Below are positions 1 to 12,384 of a DNA stretch of 64,000 bases, piece after piece; within the stretch, counting starts at the first letter, position 1, and the number at the start of each line of letters is the position of its first letter. The DNA comes from Macrostomum lignano (lineage: Eukaryota). The stretch spans positions 248,001 through 312,000 of the forward strand of contig NIVC01000146.1 in NCBI GenBank assembly GCA_002269645.1, written 5' to 3'. Position numbers and translations under genes: made by a program. The notes under the pieces are model-generated. The model did no database searches and had not been told where the DNA came from. It saw only the letters and a list, made by a program, of their open reading frames with translations.

Positions 1-470
1 GGCGCCACTTCCCCTCCTCCAGATCCTTCAGGGGGCGCCGCTTCCCCCACCAGATCCTTCAGGGGGCGCCGCTTCCCCCACCAGATCCTTCAGGGGGCGC
101 CGCTTCCCCCACCAGATCCTTCAGGGGGTGCCGCTTCCCCCACCAGATCCTTCAGGGGGCGCCGCCTCCCTTTCACCAGATCCTTCAGTGGAGGCGCCGC
201 TCCCCCCCCACCAGATCCTTCAGTGGGCGCCACTTCCCCTCCAAGCAGATCCTTCAGTGGGCGCCACTTCCCCTCCAAGCAGATCCTTCAGGGGGCGCCA
301 CTTCCCCTCCCAGCAGATCCTACAGGGGGCGCCACTTCCCCTCCCAGCAGATCCTTCAGGGGGCGCCACTTCCCCTCCCAGTAGATCCTTCAGGGGGCGC
401 CACTTCCCCTCCCAGCAGATCCTTCAGGGGGCGCCGCTTCCCCTCCACAAGATCCTTCAGTGGGCACGGC
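1..470. repeat. Minisatellite, ~30-31-bp unit (cagatccttcagggggcgccRcttcccc...), truncated by window edge
   Basis: Unit recurs visibly (e.g. at 51 and 82); ORFs 90..278 and 128..481 are just its translations. Confidence 0.9.
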
Positions 471-520
471 GCATCCTTTAATCTGAACCCCTTCATCTAG
501 AGTCTAGTTCTTAGCAGCAT

Positions 521-1053
521 CAGTGGCGCAACCAGGAGGGGGGGGCGGGCGGTCGGAGACCTGAAAAAAGTCAATGGGGGGACCAAGCGCATTGTCGCCA
601 AAATACAGAGCCACCCCCCGCTCCCCCTCGGGTCTTTACCCTCCAGAATCCGCCCCCCTCGGGTCTTAACCCTCCAGAATCCGCCCCCGGGTCTTTACCC
701 CCCAGAATTCGCCCCCCCTTGGGTCTTTACCCTCCAGAATCCACCCCTTGGGTCTTAACCCTCCAGAATCCGCCCCCTCGGGTCTTTACCCTCCAGAATC
801 CGCCCCCCTCGGGTCTTAACACTCCAGAATCCGCCCCCTTGGATCTTTACCCTCCAGAATCCGCCCCCTTGGATCTTTACCCTCCAGAATCCGCCCCCCT
901 CTGGTCTTTACCCTCCAGAATCCGCCCCCTGGGGTCTTTACCCTCCAGAATTCGCCCCCCTCTGGTCTTTACCCTCCAGAATCCGCCCCCATTTGGGTCT
1001 TTACCCTCCAGAATCCGCCCTCTCCCCTCAACAAATTTCCGGCTGCGCCACTG
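521..1053. mobile_element. hAT-like MITE with internal ~30-bp minisatellite
   Basis: Left end CAGTGGCGCAACCAGGA, right end reverse complement CAGTGGCGCAGCCGGA. Flanking 8-mers AGCAGCAT (513-520) and ATAAGCAT (1054-1061) match 6/8, a decayed 8-bp TSD. The interior (~610-1020) is a gggtctttaccctccagaatccgcccc tandem array. Confidence 0.65.
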
Positions 1054-2354
1054 ATAAGCATCCCAAAAATGAGCCTCACAAAGCAGATTTTCAAAGCCTC
1101 GCCATGTTGAAAAATTGGATAGAGACAGCTGTAGCCTCTGTAGTCTATGCAGAGAATGCCGATAAAAATGAGACAAGTTTTCTTCTATCAACCCGGGGCT
1201 ATCAAGTGATGCGGCAGGGGCCCTGGGTTCCGCCCCTAATTATCCGGCACAGATCATGCAGTCACAGGGGGATGGGCGGATTGCATTACCGTCCTTACAA
1301 GGTAAAAAATCAAGAAGGCTTCGCTTTTATGGCCCAATTTGCAAGCCCCTGACGCTAAACGACTCAGGAAGACGATTTTGTCGGGTCAAATGTAAGGGAG
1401 GGCCGTCCGTTTGTGTCTGGCGAGTTTGACATGACCTGCTTGGGGAATTTGAGTCGGGAGCTCAGACCTAGGCTGGAATGTAGATGGAGCACCTGCTATA
1501 CACTGAGGTAGGGGGGACTGTGCTATGCTTGTTCGAGAAAGTGTGTCTATTTTAGACAGTTTGATGTGCTTAACAGCACGACAAGAATGGCTTGCAGAGA
1601 TGCTCATTCACTTGACATGAGACCATGAGACGCTGCTCTGACAGAGCAGACTACTTCTTCTGCGAGAGCGAATCGCCCTCGAGTCTTTGATGCCGCTATA
1701 GGTGAGGGCTGAGCCTAAGAGATCAAAACTTCGGGTCTGGCTCGTTCTCACGATTCAACCGCTGCATTCGGTGCTTTACTTTCCATATATCAATGCAGCA
1801 AGCTGGGCATACAACAGGAGCAGCCACTAGATGAAGTGACTGACCAGACACCCCAGCTGGCACGGCCTTGGCTTGTCAAAGTCTTGGCAGTCAGCTAGGC
1901 GCCACATATAAATTAGTATTATCATTAGCTATTTTAACCCCCCCCCAATTTTTTTTGAGTTCCTCGGGGCGCAAAGAAGAGATATTGAGTCAAGATAATG
2001 CGGTCCTTTTTTGGTGCCCGGACCTTCAACTGGACACTACAGTATATACATCAGTATACATATGAATATAGTAGCACCTAAAAGTGTCGAAGTTACTCCT
2101 ATTTCTCAGTGAGTCCCCAACCCCCCCCCCCTCCGAGCAAGAACTCCCGCCATCAGTCTTTTTCCTTACAAATTGAATTTCTGTGGCGGATCCAGGACTT
2201 GACGGTCCACTTGGATGGATCTGACCAAACAACTACTTATTGACAAAATCAATAGCCCCGTGTGCAATGCAGTGTTCTCCGAGCAATCATTAGGCTAATA
2301 ATGTCTTACTCATAACTGTTGTAAACATTATTCGTGATCCAGCTTGGTCCCTAC

Positions 2355-2815
2355 TTTCTGCTGCTCAACTGTCACTCTGTCTGCTGCTCAACTGTCACTC
2401 TTTCCGCTGCTCAACTGTCACTCTTTCTGCTGCTCAACTGTCACTCTTTCTTCTGCTCAACTGTCACTCTTTCTGCTGCTCAACTGTCACTCTTTCTGCT
2501 GCTCAACTGTCACTCTTTCTTCTGCTCAACTGTCACTCTTTCTGCTGCTCAACTGTCACTCTTTCTGCTGCTCAACTGTCACTCTTTCTGCTGCTCAACT
2601 GTCACTCTTTCTGCTGCTCAACTGTCACTCTTTCTTCTGCTCAACTGTCACTCTTTCTGCTGCTCAACTGTCACTCTTTCTTCTGCTCAACTGTCACTCT
2701 TTCTGCTGCTCAACAGTCACTCTTTCTGCTGCTCAACAGTCACTCTTTCTGCTGCTCAACTGTCACTCTTTCTGCTGCTCAACTGTCACTCTTTCTGCTG
2801 CTCAACTGTCACTCT
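2355..2815. repeat. 23-bp tandem repeat (ctgctgctcaactgtcactcttt)
   Basis: Direct periodicity; explains ORFs 2334..2876 and 2344..2847. Confidence 0.92.
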
Positions 2816-3377
2816 TTCACTTGTCACTCCACCACTCTTCACTCTAGTCTTGTCACTCCACCACTCTTCACTCTAGTCTTGTCACTCCCTATAAGCCTGC
2901 AGACGAACCGGCACTTCTCCATGCAGTTCTTTCAGCCGCTTGTCGAGTTTGCTCAGAGAGCCAGAGACTCAGAGCTCTCCTGTCTGCTTAGATATTGCAG
3001 GGCCCCTGCGGCCATCAGTCATTTTCTAACAAAAAAACCGCGTCAACCCAGGGCCGCCCCGCCACCCTCGAGAACCGTTACTCAGATTCAGTAGGCCCTG
3101 TATATAGCGATATATATATACGAAATTCTGGCCTTTTGCTGAATAATGACCCAGGCCAGGGAGGGATCAGATTGATACCAGTTCAGCAGTTGGTTCTAGA
3201 GTCGAATCTGAAATCCCAAGGCAAAAATTGCGACTCCTAAAGAGGTTTTGGTCGCGGGGTTACAAGATACAGTCACTGCGAGTCGTGATGGATGGCCTGA
3301 GGGGGGCGTGGAGCAGGCAGACGGCATCTTCTTTTCGTTCCTCGTAAAGTGCTAACTCAGTGCTATGAGGCCGAAGC

Positions 3378-3420
3378 AACCCTAACGCTAACCCTAACCC
3401 TAACCCTAACCCTAAACCCT
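3378..3420. repeat. Interstitial telomere-type repeat (AACCCT)x7, i.e. TTAGGG on the minus strand
   Basis: aaccct aacgct aaccct aaccct aaccct aaccct a aaccct, directly before the Pax6 acceptor gacag at 3421-3425. Confidence 0.85.
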
Positions 3421-3425
3421 GACAG

Positions 3426-6400
3426 GTCACTCCGGAGTGAACCAGCTGGGCGGGGTGTTTGTGAACGGCCGTCCGCTGCCGGACACCACCAGGCAGCGCA
3501 TCGTTGAGCTGGCCAGCAGCGGCGCCAGGCCCTGCGACATCTCCCGGATCCTGCAAGTCTCCAACGGCTGCGTGTCGAAGATCCTCTGTCGATACTACGA
3601 CACTGGCTCCATCCGGCCCAAGGCCATCGGCGGCTCCAAGCCTCGCGTGGCCACCTCCTCAGTGGTGAACAGGATCGCCCAGTACAAGCGCGAATGCCCG
3701 AGCATCTTCGCCTGGGAGATCCGCGACAGACTGCTGCAAGACGGCGTGTGCAACCAGGACACCATTCCCAGCGTGAGTGCGGGCGGCGGGAGTGAGTCCA
3801 TGAGTTCATGAGTTCATGAGTTCATGAGTTCATGAGGGAGTCCATGAGTTCATGAGGGAGTCCATGAGTTCATGAGGGAGTCCATGAGTTCATGAGGGAG
3901 TCCATGAGTTCATGAGGGAGTCCATGAGTTCACGAGGGAGTCCATGAGTTCATGAGGGAGTCCATGAGTTCATGAGGGAGTCCATGAGTTCATGAGGGAG
4001 TCCATGAGTTCATGAGTTCATGAGTTCATGAGGGAGTTCATGAGTTCATGAGGGAGTCCATGAGTTCATGAGGGAGTCCATGAGTTCATGAGGGAGTCGA
4101 TGAGTTCATGAGGGAGTCCATGAGTTCATGAGGGAGTCCATGAGTTCATGAGTTCATGAGTTCATGAGGGAGTCCATGAGTTCATGAGTTCATGAGTTCA
4201 TGAGGGAGTTCATGAGTTCATGAGGGAGTCCATGAGTTCATGAGTTCATGAGTTCATGAGGGAGTCCATGAGTTCATGAGTTCATGAGGGAGTCCATGAG
4301 TTCATGAGTTCATGAGTTCATGAGGGAGTCCATGAGTTCATGAGTTCATGAGTTCATGAGGGAGTCCATGAGTTCATGAGTTCATGAGTTCATGAGGGAG
4401 TTCATGAGTTCATGAGGGAGTTTATGAGTTCATGAGGGAGTCCATGAGTTCATGAGTTCATGAGTTCATGAGGGAGTCCATGAGTTCATGAGTTCATGAG
4501 TTCATGAGGGAGTCCATGAGTTCATGAGTTCATGAGTTCATGAGGGAGTTCATGAGTTCATGAGGGAGTCCATGAGTTCATGAGCGAGTCCATGAGTTCA
4601 TGAGGGAGTCCATGAGTTCATGAGGGAGTCCATGAGTTCATGAGGGAGTCCATGAGTTCATGAGGGAGTCCATGAGTTCATGAGGGAGTCCATGAGTTCA
4701 TGAGTTCATGAGTTCATGAGGGAGTCCATGAGTTCATGAGTTCATGAGTTTATAGATGAGTTCATGAGCGAGTTCATGAGTTTATGAGCGAGTCCATGAG
4801 TTTATGAGCGAGTCCATGAGTTCATGAGTTCATGAGCGAGTCCATGAGTTCATGAGCGAGTCCATGAGTTCATGAGGGAGTCCATGAGTTCTTGAGTTCA
4901 TGAGTTTATAAATGAGTTCATGAGCGAGTCCATGAGTTTATGAGCGAGTCCATGAGTTTATGAGCGAGTCCATGAGTCCATGTGTTCATGAGCGAGTCCA
5001 TGAGTTCATGAGTTTATAAGTGAGTTCATGAGTGACAAGCCAAACGCAGTGCCTAAGTGGCTGGGTCCCCATTGACAAGGCCACTATTAGCAAACAAAGG
5101 CAGGCCGCGGCACCCCGCAGTGTCTCTGTGCGAGCCTGGCCAAATTAGAGACAAGCAGAGGAAACCGAAGCTGCTCAAAGGCGGGCAGCGGCGATGACCA
5201 GCGTGCGGCGCCAAATCGCTCAGGGCCCTTTGCCGCCCCCTCGGGGTTCTGCCGGTAGACCAGCGCGAGACGCCGCGGACTCTCCAGGCTCCGCTGATGC
5301 GGAAAATCCGGCGATAGGGTCCCTGAGCCACCGTCTCCTTCGCATGCAGGCCCCCCTTGCATTCCTGAAGTGTTTTATCTCGCAGGTGGCGGCGGTGCCA
5401 AACCCCCCACTGCCCGGAGCTCAGAATGGACCCCCAGTTGGTCTTCTTCCAGTCGGCTGAGCTTCACCCCGGGGTCTGAGCTGGGCTGAGGGGGGGAGGG
5501 GAACGAGAGCATGGGATCTGGGAATTCCTCCGCGCCGATCTGCCTGCAGGGGGGCTGCCGACGGTTTGGTCTGAGTTAATCTTGCGTTGATAAGTGGCGC
5601 TTTTTGCGCGGGTTTCATAACAGATTGAGAGATAGGCTAAGGGGCCAAGGCTCCGCGGTTTTCAAATCCGCGTCTGGGACGATGGCTTAATGACAACCGC
5701 ACCCACAATGGCCATAGACTATGGCTTAATGGCAACCGCACCCACAATGGCCATAGACTATGGCTTAATGGCAACCGCACCCACAATGGCCATAGACTAT
5801 GGCTAACTGACAACCGCACTCACAATGGCCATAGACTATGGCTAACTGACAACCGCACTCACAATGGCCATAGACTATGGCTAACTGACAACCGCACCCA
5901 CAATGGCCATAGACTATTGCTTAATGGCAACCGCAACCGATCCAAATCCAGGTGTCCTCAATCAACCGCGTGCTGCGCAACCTGTCGAACGAGTCGCAGC
6001 GACATCTTCTGCCTGGCGGCGGCAGCAGCGTCGGCGCTGGGGGCGGCGGCGGTGTCTACGACAAGCTGCACCTGCTTGGCCAGCACTGGGGCAACCCGCA
6101 CGCCTGGTACGGCTCTCAGGCCGCCTCGGCCGCCGCTTATCCCGGCTTCCCGGCCGCTGCGGCAGGCATGGCCGCCTGCGGCTATGGGCCGCTGAACGGC
6201 TTCCACCACGCCGCGGCGGCCGGCATCGGCGGAGTTATCGGCGGCGGCATCGCCGCATCAACATCGTCTGAGGCTCTGAAAGCAGGTGAGAAAATAACAG
6301 CTGGGATGTAGTTAAAGAAGTAAAGCGATCGAGATTTATGGAAAGGAGGTGTCCAGACCAGACCGACGCAGGTTTGATTCCGTGCGGGGCCGCATTCATT

Positions 6401-6766
6401 TGTGTCTTGTGTAGGACATTGTCGTGCAATTCACACCCGTGAGAGCCAACCCCCAAGGCACATGCCTGACGATTAGAAAGCCAGGACCGCTGTACACCCT
6501 GTATGAGCCGTGTGTATCCTTCCCGCGGATCTTGGACGTTGCAAACCAATCTGCTCAGAATTGAATCCAAATCTCACCGGATACTACTGAGCACATGCGA
6601 GCGGATAGTAGTAGGAAAGCGCAAACAGTGGCAGTTTGGCGGCCAGCCTGCTCAGAAGCCGCCCCCTCATTTGAACCCCCGCCAGCAGAGCCGAACCCCG
6701 AGCTCGGCAGTCCGGCGGACTCCGACAGCAGCCTCGCCGACGCAGGCGCGGCCGGCAACAGCGGGT

Positions 6767-6798
<32 letters not shown>

Positions 6799-7836
6799 CC
6801 TGGATCGATCGACGACTACGGCGACAGCGTCGGAGCCGGAGGAGGCGGCGGCGGCGGCGGCGTGGACTCATCTGACGATATGCGGATGAAGCTGAAACGG
6901 AAGCTGCAGCGCAACCGGACCTCGTTCACCCAGGAGCAGCTGGACGCGCTGGAGAAGGAGTTCGAGAGGACCCACTACCCGGACGTGTTCGCCAGGGAGA
7001 CCCTGTCCAAGCGCATCGGCCTGGCCGAGGCTCGCATCCAGGTCTGGTTCTCCAACAGGCGCGCCAAGTGGCGCCGCGAGGAGAAGCTGCGCAGTCAGCG
7101 GGGCGGCGGTGGCGGCGGCGCTAGCGGGGGACGTCCAGACTCAGTGGACGAGGCGCTCCAGCTGGCTCAGCAGCAGCAGCAGCAGCAGCAGCCGCCGCCG
7201 CCGCACATGTCGCAGCTGCCACCGATGGCTCCCATGCACTCCCCGCTGGGGCAGCTGGCGCCACAGCAGCAGCCGCACCTGCAGCACCACTTGCAACACC
7301 AACACCAACAGCATCAGCTGCAGCAGGAACAGCAGGAGCAACTGTTGCACCAGCAGCATCCGCATCACCAACAGCATCACCAGCAGCACCTGCAGCAGCC
7401 CCAGCATCATCACCATCATCTGCAGCCGCACGCGACTTCGGCGGCTGCGGCAGCTGCGGCAGCGGCCGCGGCGGCGGATTATTCGGCAGCCGGGACGGCG
7501 GCCGCGGCGGCAGCGGCCGCAGCAGCTGGAGTCTACCAGAGCGCCGCCTGGAACGCCGCCGCCGCCGCCGGCCTGCAGAGCCCGGGCGCCGCTCCGTCGG
7601 TCCATGGCAGCAGCTCCGCTATGTACGGCGGCGGCGGCGGCAGCAGCGGAGGCGGCAGCGGGCCCAGCGGCTACCACCACGACTCGTACGGGCGGCCCGC
7701 CGCTCTGCCGCACTACCACCCCCAGTCGGCTGCGGCGGCGGCCGCTGCGGCGTCTGCCACCCCGCTGTCCGGCCTGCCGATGCCGCTGCAGTCGCCGTAC
7801 GACATCCACGGCCAGTACTGGACTCGCGTAGCCTAA
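3426..7836 (+). CDS. Pax6: Paired box protein Pax6 (paired domain + S50 homeodomain), 5'-partial; exons 3426-3772, 5952-6285, 6686-7836
   Basis: Paired domain (G)[29 protein letters not shown]...[14 protein letters not shown] (Pax6-diagnostic I-Q-N)...TIPS|[11 protein letters not shown]. Linker motif VYDKLHLL. Homeodomain [32 protein letters not shown]...[16 protein letters not shown]-terminus YWTRVA*. Donors gtgagt 3773 and gtgaga 6286, acceptors cag; phases 1/0/1 are consistent. AATAAA at 8419-8424. Confidence 0.96.
3798..5035. repeat. Composite 8-bp (atgagttc) / 12-bp (atgagggagtcc) intronic repeat in Pax6
   Basis: Direct inspection; begins ~25 nt after the donor. Confidence 0.93.
5680..5930. 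repeat. 39-bp tandem repeat abutting Pax6 acceptor 5951
   Basis: atggcttaatggcaaccgcacccacaatggccatagact units; variants contain ctaactgac. Confidence 0.88.
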
Positions 7837-8634
7837 TATTCATCCCAGCAGCTGACCTGTTGCCCAAGAGTGAATTTGAATTCGCGCCAAAACTCGCGGA
7901 ATTTTTCGTTAGCAGTTTCCGGTTTGTTTTTTACCTGAACAAACCCTGTGATCCAGGAGCTCTTATAGTTGGCTGAGTAACCGAGTTGCTTGAAAACAGT
8001 TTTAAAAACGTTTAAATTTAAACTTTAAAGATGCCTGCAGCACTGAGCTACTGCTATCAGTAGCATACAATGCAAATATTCGAACAGTTTCTGCAGCATG
8101 CCATGTATCAGTAGATGAAGAACCCAGCCACTTAAATTACTTTTTCCTGCTCTCAAGTTGCAATGCTCTGCTTTTTCGAACATTCTAATATTGTACAAAA
8201 TTGGCGCTTGCATGCACCGAATCATCCCAAAATATAGACTGAAACCAGTTCTGCCATAGAAACCCGCGTAGCGACCGACCAGGCGCACTCCACCCGATTT
8301 TGCACCCACCTGCTCTGTACATTGGCGCACTGAATCTGCACAGGCGATGAATGGCCCGTCAGTTACATCTCTATTGTTACTTATAATTATATTACCTGCG
8401 ATATTAATGACTGCCATAAATAAATGCTTGCAACTACGAGTATAAGCAATCTGATTCGCACCGCCAGCTAATCCTTAGGAATATGTGAATACAAACACCA
8501 TTAACGGCCGCGACAGCTACATTTCTTCTTTTAAAGTCGTGACATAATGCAGTGTATAATGAAGATTACCTAACAGATTTTAAAAAGAAAAATGCACAGA
8601 AAACTTAAGCAACATAGTTAAGTGTGCAGAAACC

Positions 8635-9090
8635 GCCGGACACCCAATTCGAACCTCGGACACGCAGCTTCAAAAATCCGGACGCCAAACCTCGAACCCG
8701 GACACCCAGCCCGAACCCTGGACACCCAACTCCGAAATCCGGGACACAAAATCTTGAACCACGGACACCCAACCACAACCCAAACCCTGGACACCAGTCT
8801 TAGAAACCCTCGGACACAAAAACTTGAATCCTGATGGACACCCAACTTCGAAACATCGAGCCCCGGACATCAAACCTCGAAATCCCGGCCACTAAACCTT
8901 GAATCCCCGGACACCCAACCTCCAAAACCCGGACACCAAACCTTGAATCTCGGACACCCAACCTCAAAATCCTGGCCACGACAGCCAACCTCGAAAGCCC
9001 GGACACCAAACCTTGAATCTCGGACACCCAACCTCGAAAGCCCGGACACCAAACCTTGAATCTCGGACACCCAACCTCGAAAGCCTGGAC
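8635..9090. repeat. Degenerate ~21/42-bp repeat (ccggacaccaaaccttgaatctcggacacccaacctcgaaag)
   Basis: Recurring ggacacc motif. Confidence 0.75.
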
Positions 9091-9591
9091 ACCATAACCT
9101 TTAAGTGCCCGTGTCATCCGGCACGCAGGGCACAGTCAGCTCTTCTGCGTGCTGACCAACAGGCCTCATGTACCAGTCTGTCCAGTTGTTATTGGGCCTA
9201 CATGTACCAGTCTGTCCAGTTGTCATTGGGCAACCTAGACAGTCGAGAACAGTGTAGCAACGGAGATCTTTGGCAAATAGCAATGTTACTGGCTTAAGTC
9301 AGCGGTTTCATACATTTGTGATGTGTGCAACAAGATTGCATTCGCAGGGTCGCACTCGTACGAGCTACTCGATAATCGAAGACAGATTTGCACGCAAAAT
9401 TAAATTTATAATTTGGGCACTGAAGCAGTACTCAGAGATAATTGTAAATTAAGCGAAAAGTGCAAAATATATTGCGCAAACAGTGAAAAATTTATTTTAG
9501 CACATGATACTGTTATGATTAAAAATGCATAGCATATAATTCGCAGCATTGCAACAATGAAGGTATTCATGCTAATTATAGGATGTTATGA

Positions 9592-11000
9592 GATATGACC
9601 CTCCCTAAATGACTGATAAAGGGGGTCACATGACCCTCCCTAAATTGACTGATAAAGGGGGTCATATGACCCTCCCTAAATTGACTGATAAAGGGGGTCA
9701 CATGACCCTCCCTAAATTGACTGATAAAGGGGGTCACATGACCCTCCCTAAATTGACTGATAAAGGGGGTCACATGACCCTCCCTAAATTGACTGATAAA
9801 GGGGGTCACATGACCCTCCCTAAATTGACTGATAAAGGGGGTCACATGACCCTCCCTAAATTGACTGATAAAGGGGGTCATATGACCCTCCCTAAATTGA
9901 CTGATAAAGGGGGTCATATGACCCTCCCTAAATTGACTGATAAAGGGGGTCACATGACCCTCCCTAAATTGACTGATAAAGGGGGTCACATGACCCTCCC
10001 TAAATTGACTGATAAAGGGGGTCACATGACCCTCCCTAAATTGACTGATAAAGGGGGTCACATGACCCTCCCTAAATTGACTGATAAAGGGGGTCATATG
10101 ACCCTCCCTAAATTGACTGATAAAGGGGGTCACATGACCCTCCCTAAATTGACTGATAAATGGGGTCATATGACCCTCCCTAAATTGACTGATAAAGGAG
10201 TCACATGACCCTCCCTAAATTGACTGATAAAGGGGGTCATATGACCCTCCCTAAATTGACTGATAAAGGAGTCACATGACCCTCCCTAAATTGACTGATA
10301 AATGGGGTCTTATGACCCTCCCTAAATTGACTGATAAATGGGGTCATCTGATCTTCCCTAAATTGACTAATACGCTCGTAAAGGGGGTCATATGATCCTC
10401 CCTAAATTGACTGATAAAGGGGGTCATATGATCCTCCCTAAATTGACTGATAAAGGGGGTCATATGATCCTCCCTAAATTGACTGATAAAGGGGGTCATA
10501 TGATCCTCCCTAAGTTGACTGATAAATGGGGTCATATGACCCTCTCTAAGTTGACTGATAAATGGGGTCATATGACCCTCTCTAAGTTGACTGATAAATG
10601 GGGTCTTATGACCCTCCCTAAATTGACTGATAAATGGGGTCATATGACCCCCTGAAATGACTGATAAAGGGGGTCATATGACCCTCCCTAAACTGACTGA
10701 TAAATGGGGTCATATGACCCTCTCTAAGTTGACTGATAAAGGGGGTCATATGATCCTCTCTAAATTGACTGATGAAGGGGGTCATATGATCCTCTCTAAA
10801 TTGACTGATAAATGGGGTCATCTGACCCTCCCTACATTGACTGATAAATGGGGTCATATGACCCTCCCTAAATTGACTGATAAATGGGGTCATCTGACCC
10901 TCCCTACATTGACTGATAAATGGGGTCATATGACCCTCCCTAAATTGACTGATAAATGGGGTCATCTGACCCTCCCTACATTGACTGATAAAGGGGTTCC
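9592..11000. repeat. 36-bp minisatellite with 14-bp palindromic core GGGTCA(TA/CA)TGACCC
   Basis: Unit atgaccctccctaaattgactgataaagggggtcac; about 39 copies by length/period; source of the MTLPKLTDKGGH repeat ORFs. Confidence 0.95.
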
Positions 11001-11087
11001 AAAGCACCACAGCAACAACCTATAGATAGGGCGACTTCCTAGCTCCAAAGCACCAAAAAGTACATGAAAATCCCGGTGGCCGCGGTG

Positions 11088-12321
11088 TCACAGAGTGGCC
11101 AGCAGCTCCTCCAGCGCGGCGCGGCGCACAGCCGGCCAGGGCACGGCCTCATGGAGCCGCCAGAAGCGGCGCACGCGGCCCCAGACCACGGCTGGGAAGT
11201 TGGGCGTCCCGATGCCGTGCATCACGCAGGCGATGTTCCGCGCCGTCAGCCGGTGCTCGCCGCCGTACAGCCCGATGAAGGCGCGAACGCCGGCCCGGAC
11301 GCAGGCCAGCGTCGACTCGTCGACAGCGTCGTCGTCGTCCTCGGCGTCGTCCTCGCCGGCGCCGCCCTCGAACCGGTCATCGCCTTCGACACTATTGGCG
11401 AAGTAGGCGAAGACGCCAGCGGCGATGGCGCGGCTGGCGGCGTCGTGCAGACTGTCGCCGGAGGATTCGCCCGGCTCTTGGTTGCTAGGGACGCTATCGT
11501 TGTTGCCATGGTCGGCAGCGACGGAGGCGGACCGGGCCAGCAGGCGGTGCAAGCGGCGCATGTCGGACAGGGCGCAGCGCTCCACTCGGCGCAGGCGGGC
11601 GATCACGTGATTGGCCAGCCGGTCGGCGACCTCGTGGCCCTGGCAGCAGCGAGCCAGCAGCATCCAGGCCGGGCGCTCCGGCTTGGCAACGACGCCGGAG
11701 CGCCTGCCGCTGTCGTTCCATTCGATGCCGGCGAGGTCGCGACCGACGGCGCTGGGGTCCCAGCCGAATCGGTCGCAGAGGGCGGCCAAGTCGATGGTCG
11801 GATTGGCGCCGTCGTCGGCTTCAGCGGCGGCACCAGCTGCGGCGGCGGCGGCCCGGTCGGCCAGGGCGGCGGCCACGCAGAGGCAGCGGCTGGCGGCCCA
11901 GGCGAGGCCGGCCGGGCCGGAGTAGCTGGACAGGCGGTAGCGGGAGTTGGCCCGGCCGAGGAGGCGGCAGCGGCCGGGGAAGCGGAGCTGCAGGTAGCAC
12001 AGGAGGGTCTCGATGGTCTCCTCGGTGGCGTCCAGCTCCGCCACCGTCTCGGCGATGTCCAGGGCGCGCAGGTGGCCGCCGGGTGGCCAGGACTGGCCGC
12101 CGACTGCGGGTGGGGCAGTACAGGGAGGAGAGGAGAATGCGAAGGGATAAATAACAAATTGGAGTTTCTACACGTGTGCTTCCTAAACTAAGATTCGAAC
12201 TCGCGAATGCTAAGATTAAGCTTTATGTTTCATTAGGTATGAGATGTGCGAAAGACAAAGATACCATCCATAGACCCGTACGGTGGAGCACTATCACTGA
12301 CAAGCAGACAGACAGACAGAC

Positions 12322-12384
<63 letters not shown>

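Noticed and set aside
1054-1720. One + strand frame (that of ORF 993..1352) stays mostly open with a few stops; possible decayed transposase
   Set aside because: No motif I can recognise; needs tBLASTx.
1900-2230. MITE-like ends (ccccccc...cccgccatcag; tgtggcggatccagg)
   Set aside because: No matching partner TIR or TSD found.
3798-5035. Repeat as Pax6 autoregulatory binding array
   Set aside because: TTCATGAGT lacks the TTCACGC core of the Pax6 paired-domain consensus.
6350-6450. B-box-like GGTTTGATTCC, possible tRNA-SINE remnant in a Pax6 intron
   Set aside because: Imperfect B box, no clear A box, cloverleaf or tail.
9592-11000. CRISPR-like regular palindromic array
   Set aside because: The intervening sequence is constant rather than unique spacers; eukaryotic context, no cas genes.
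11064-12191. 375-aa + strand ORF and other antisense ORFs over RECQL4, Pax6 and caspase
   Set aside because: Shadow ORFs of GC-rich coding exons on the opposite strand.
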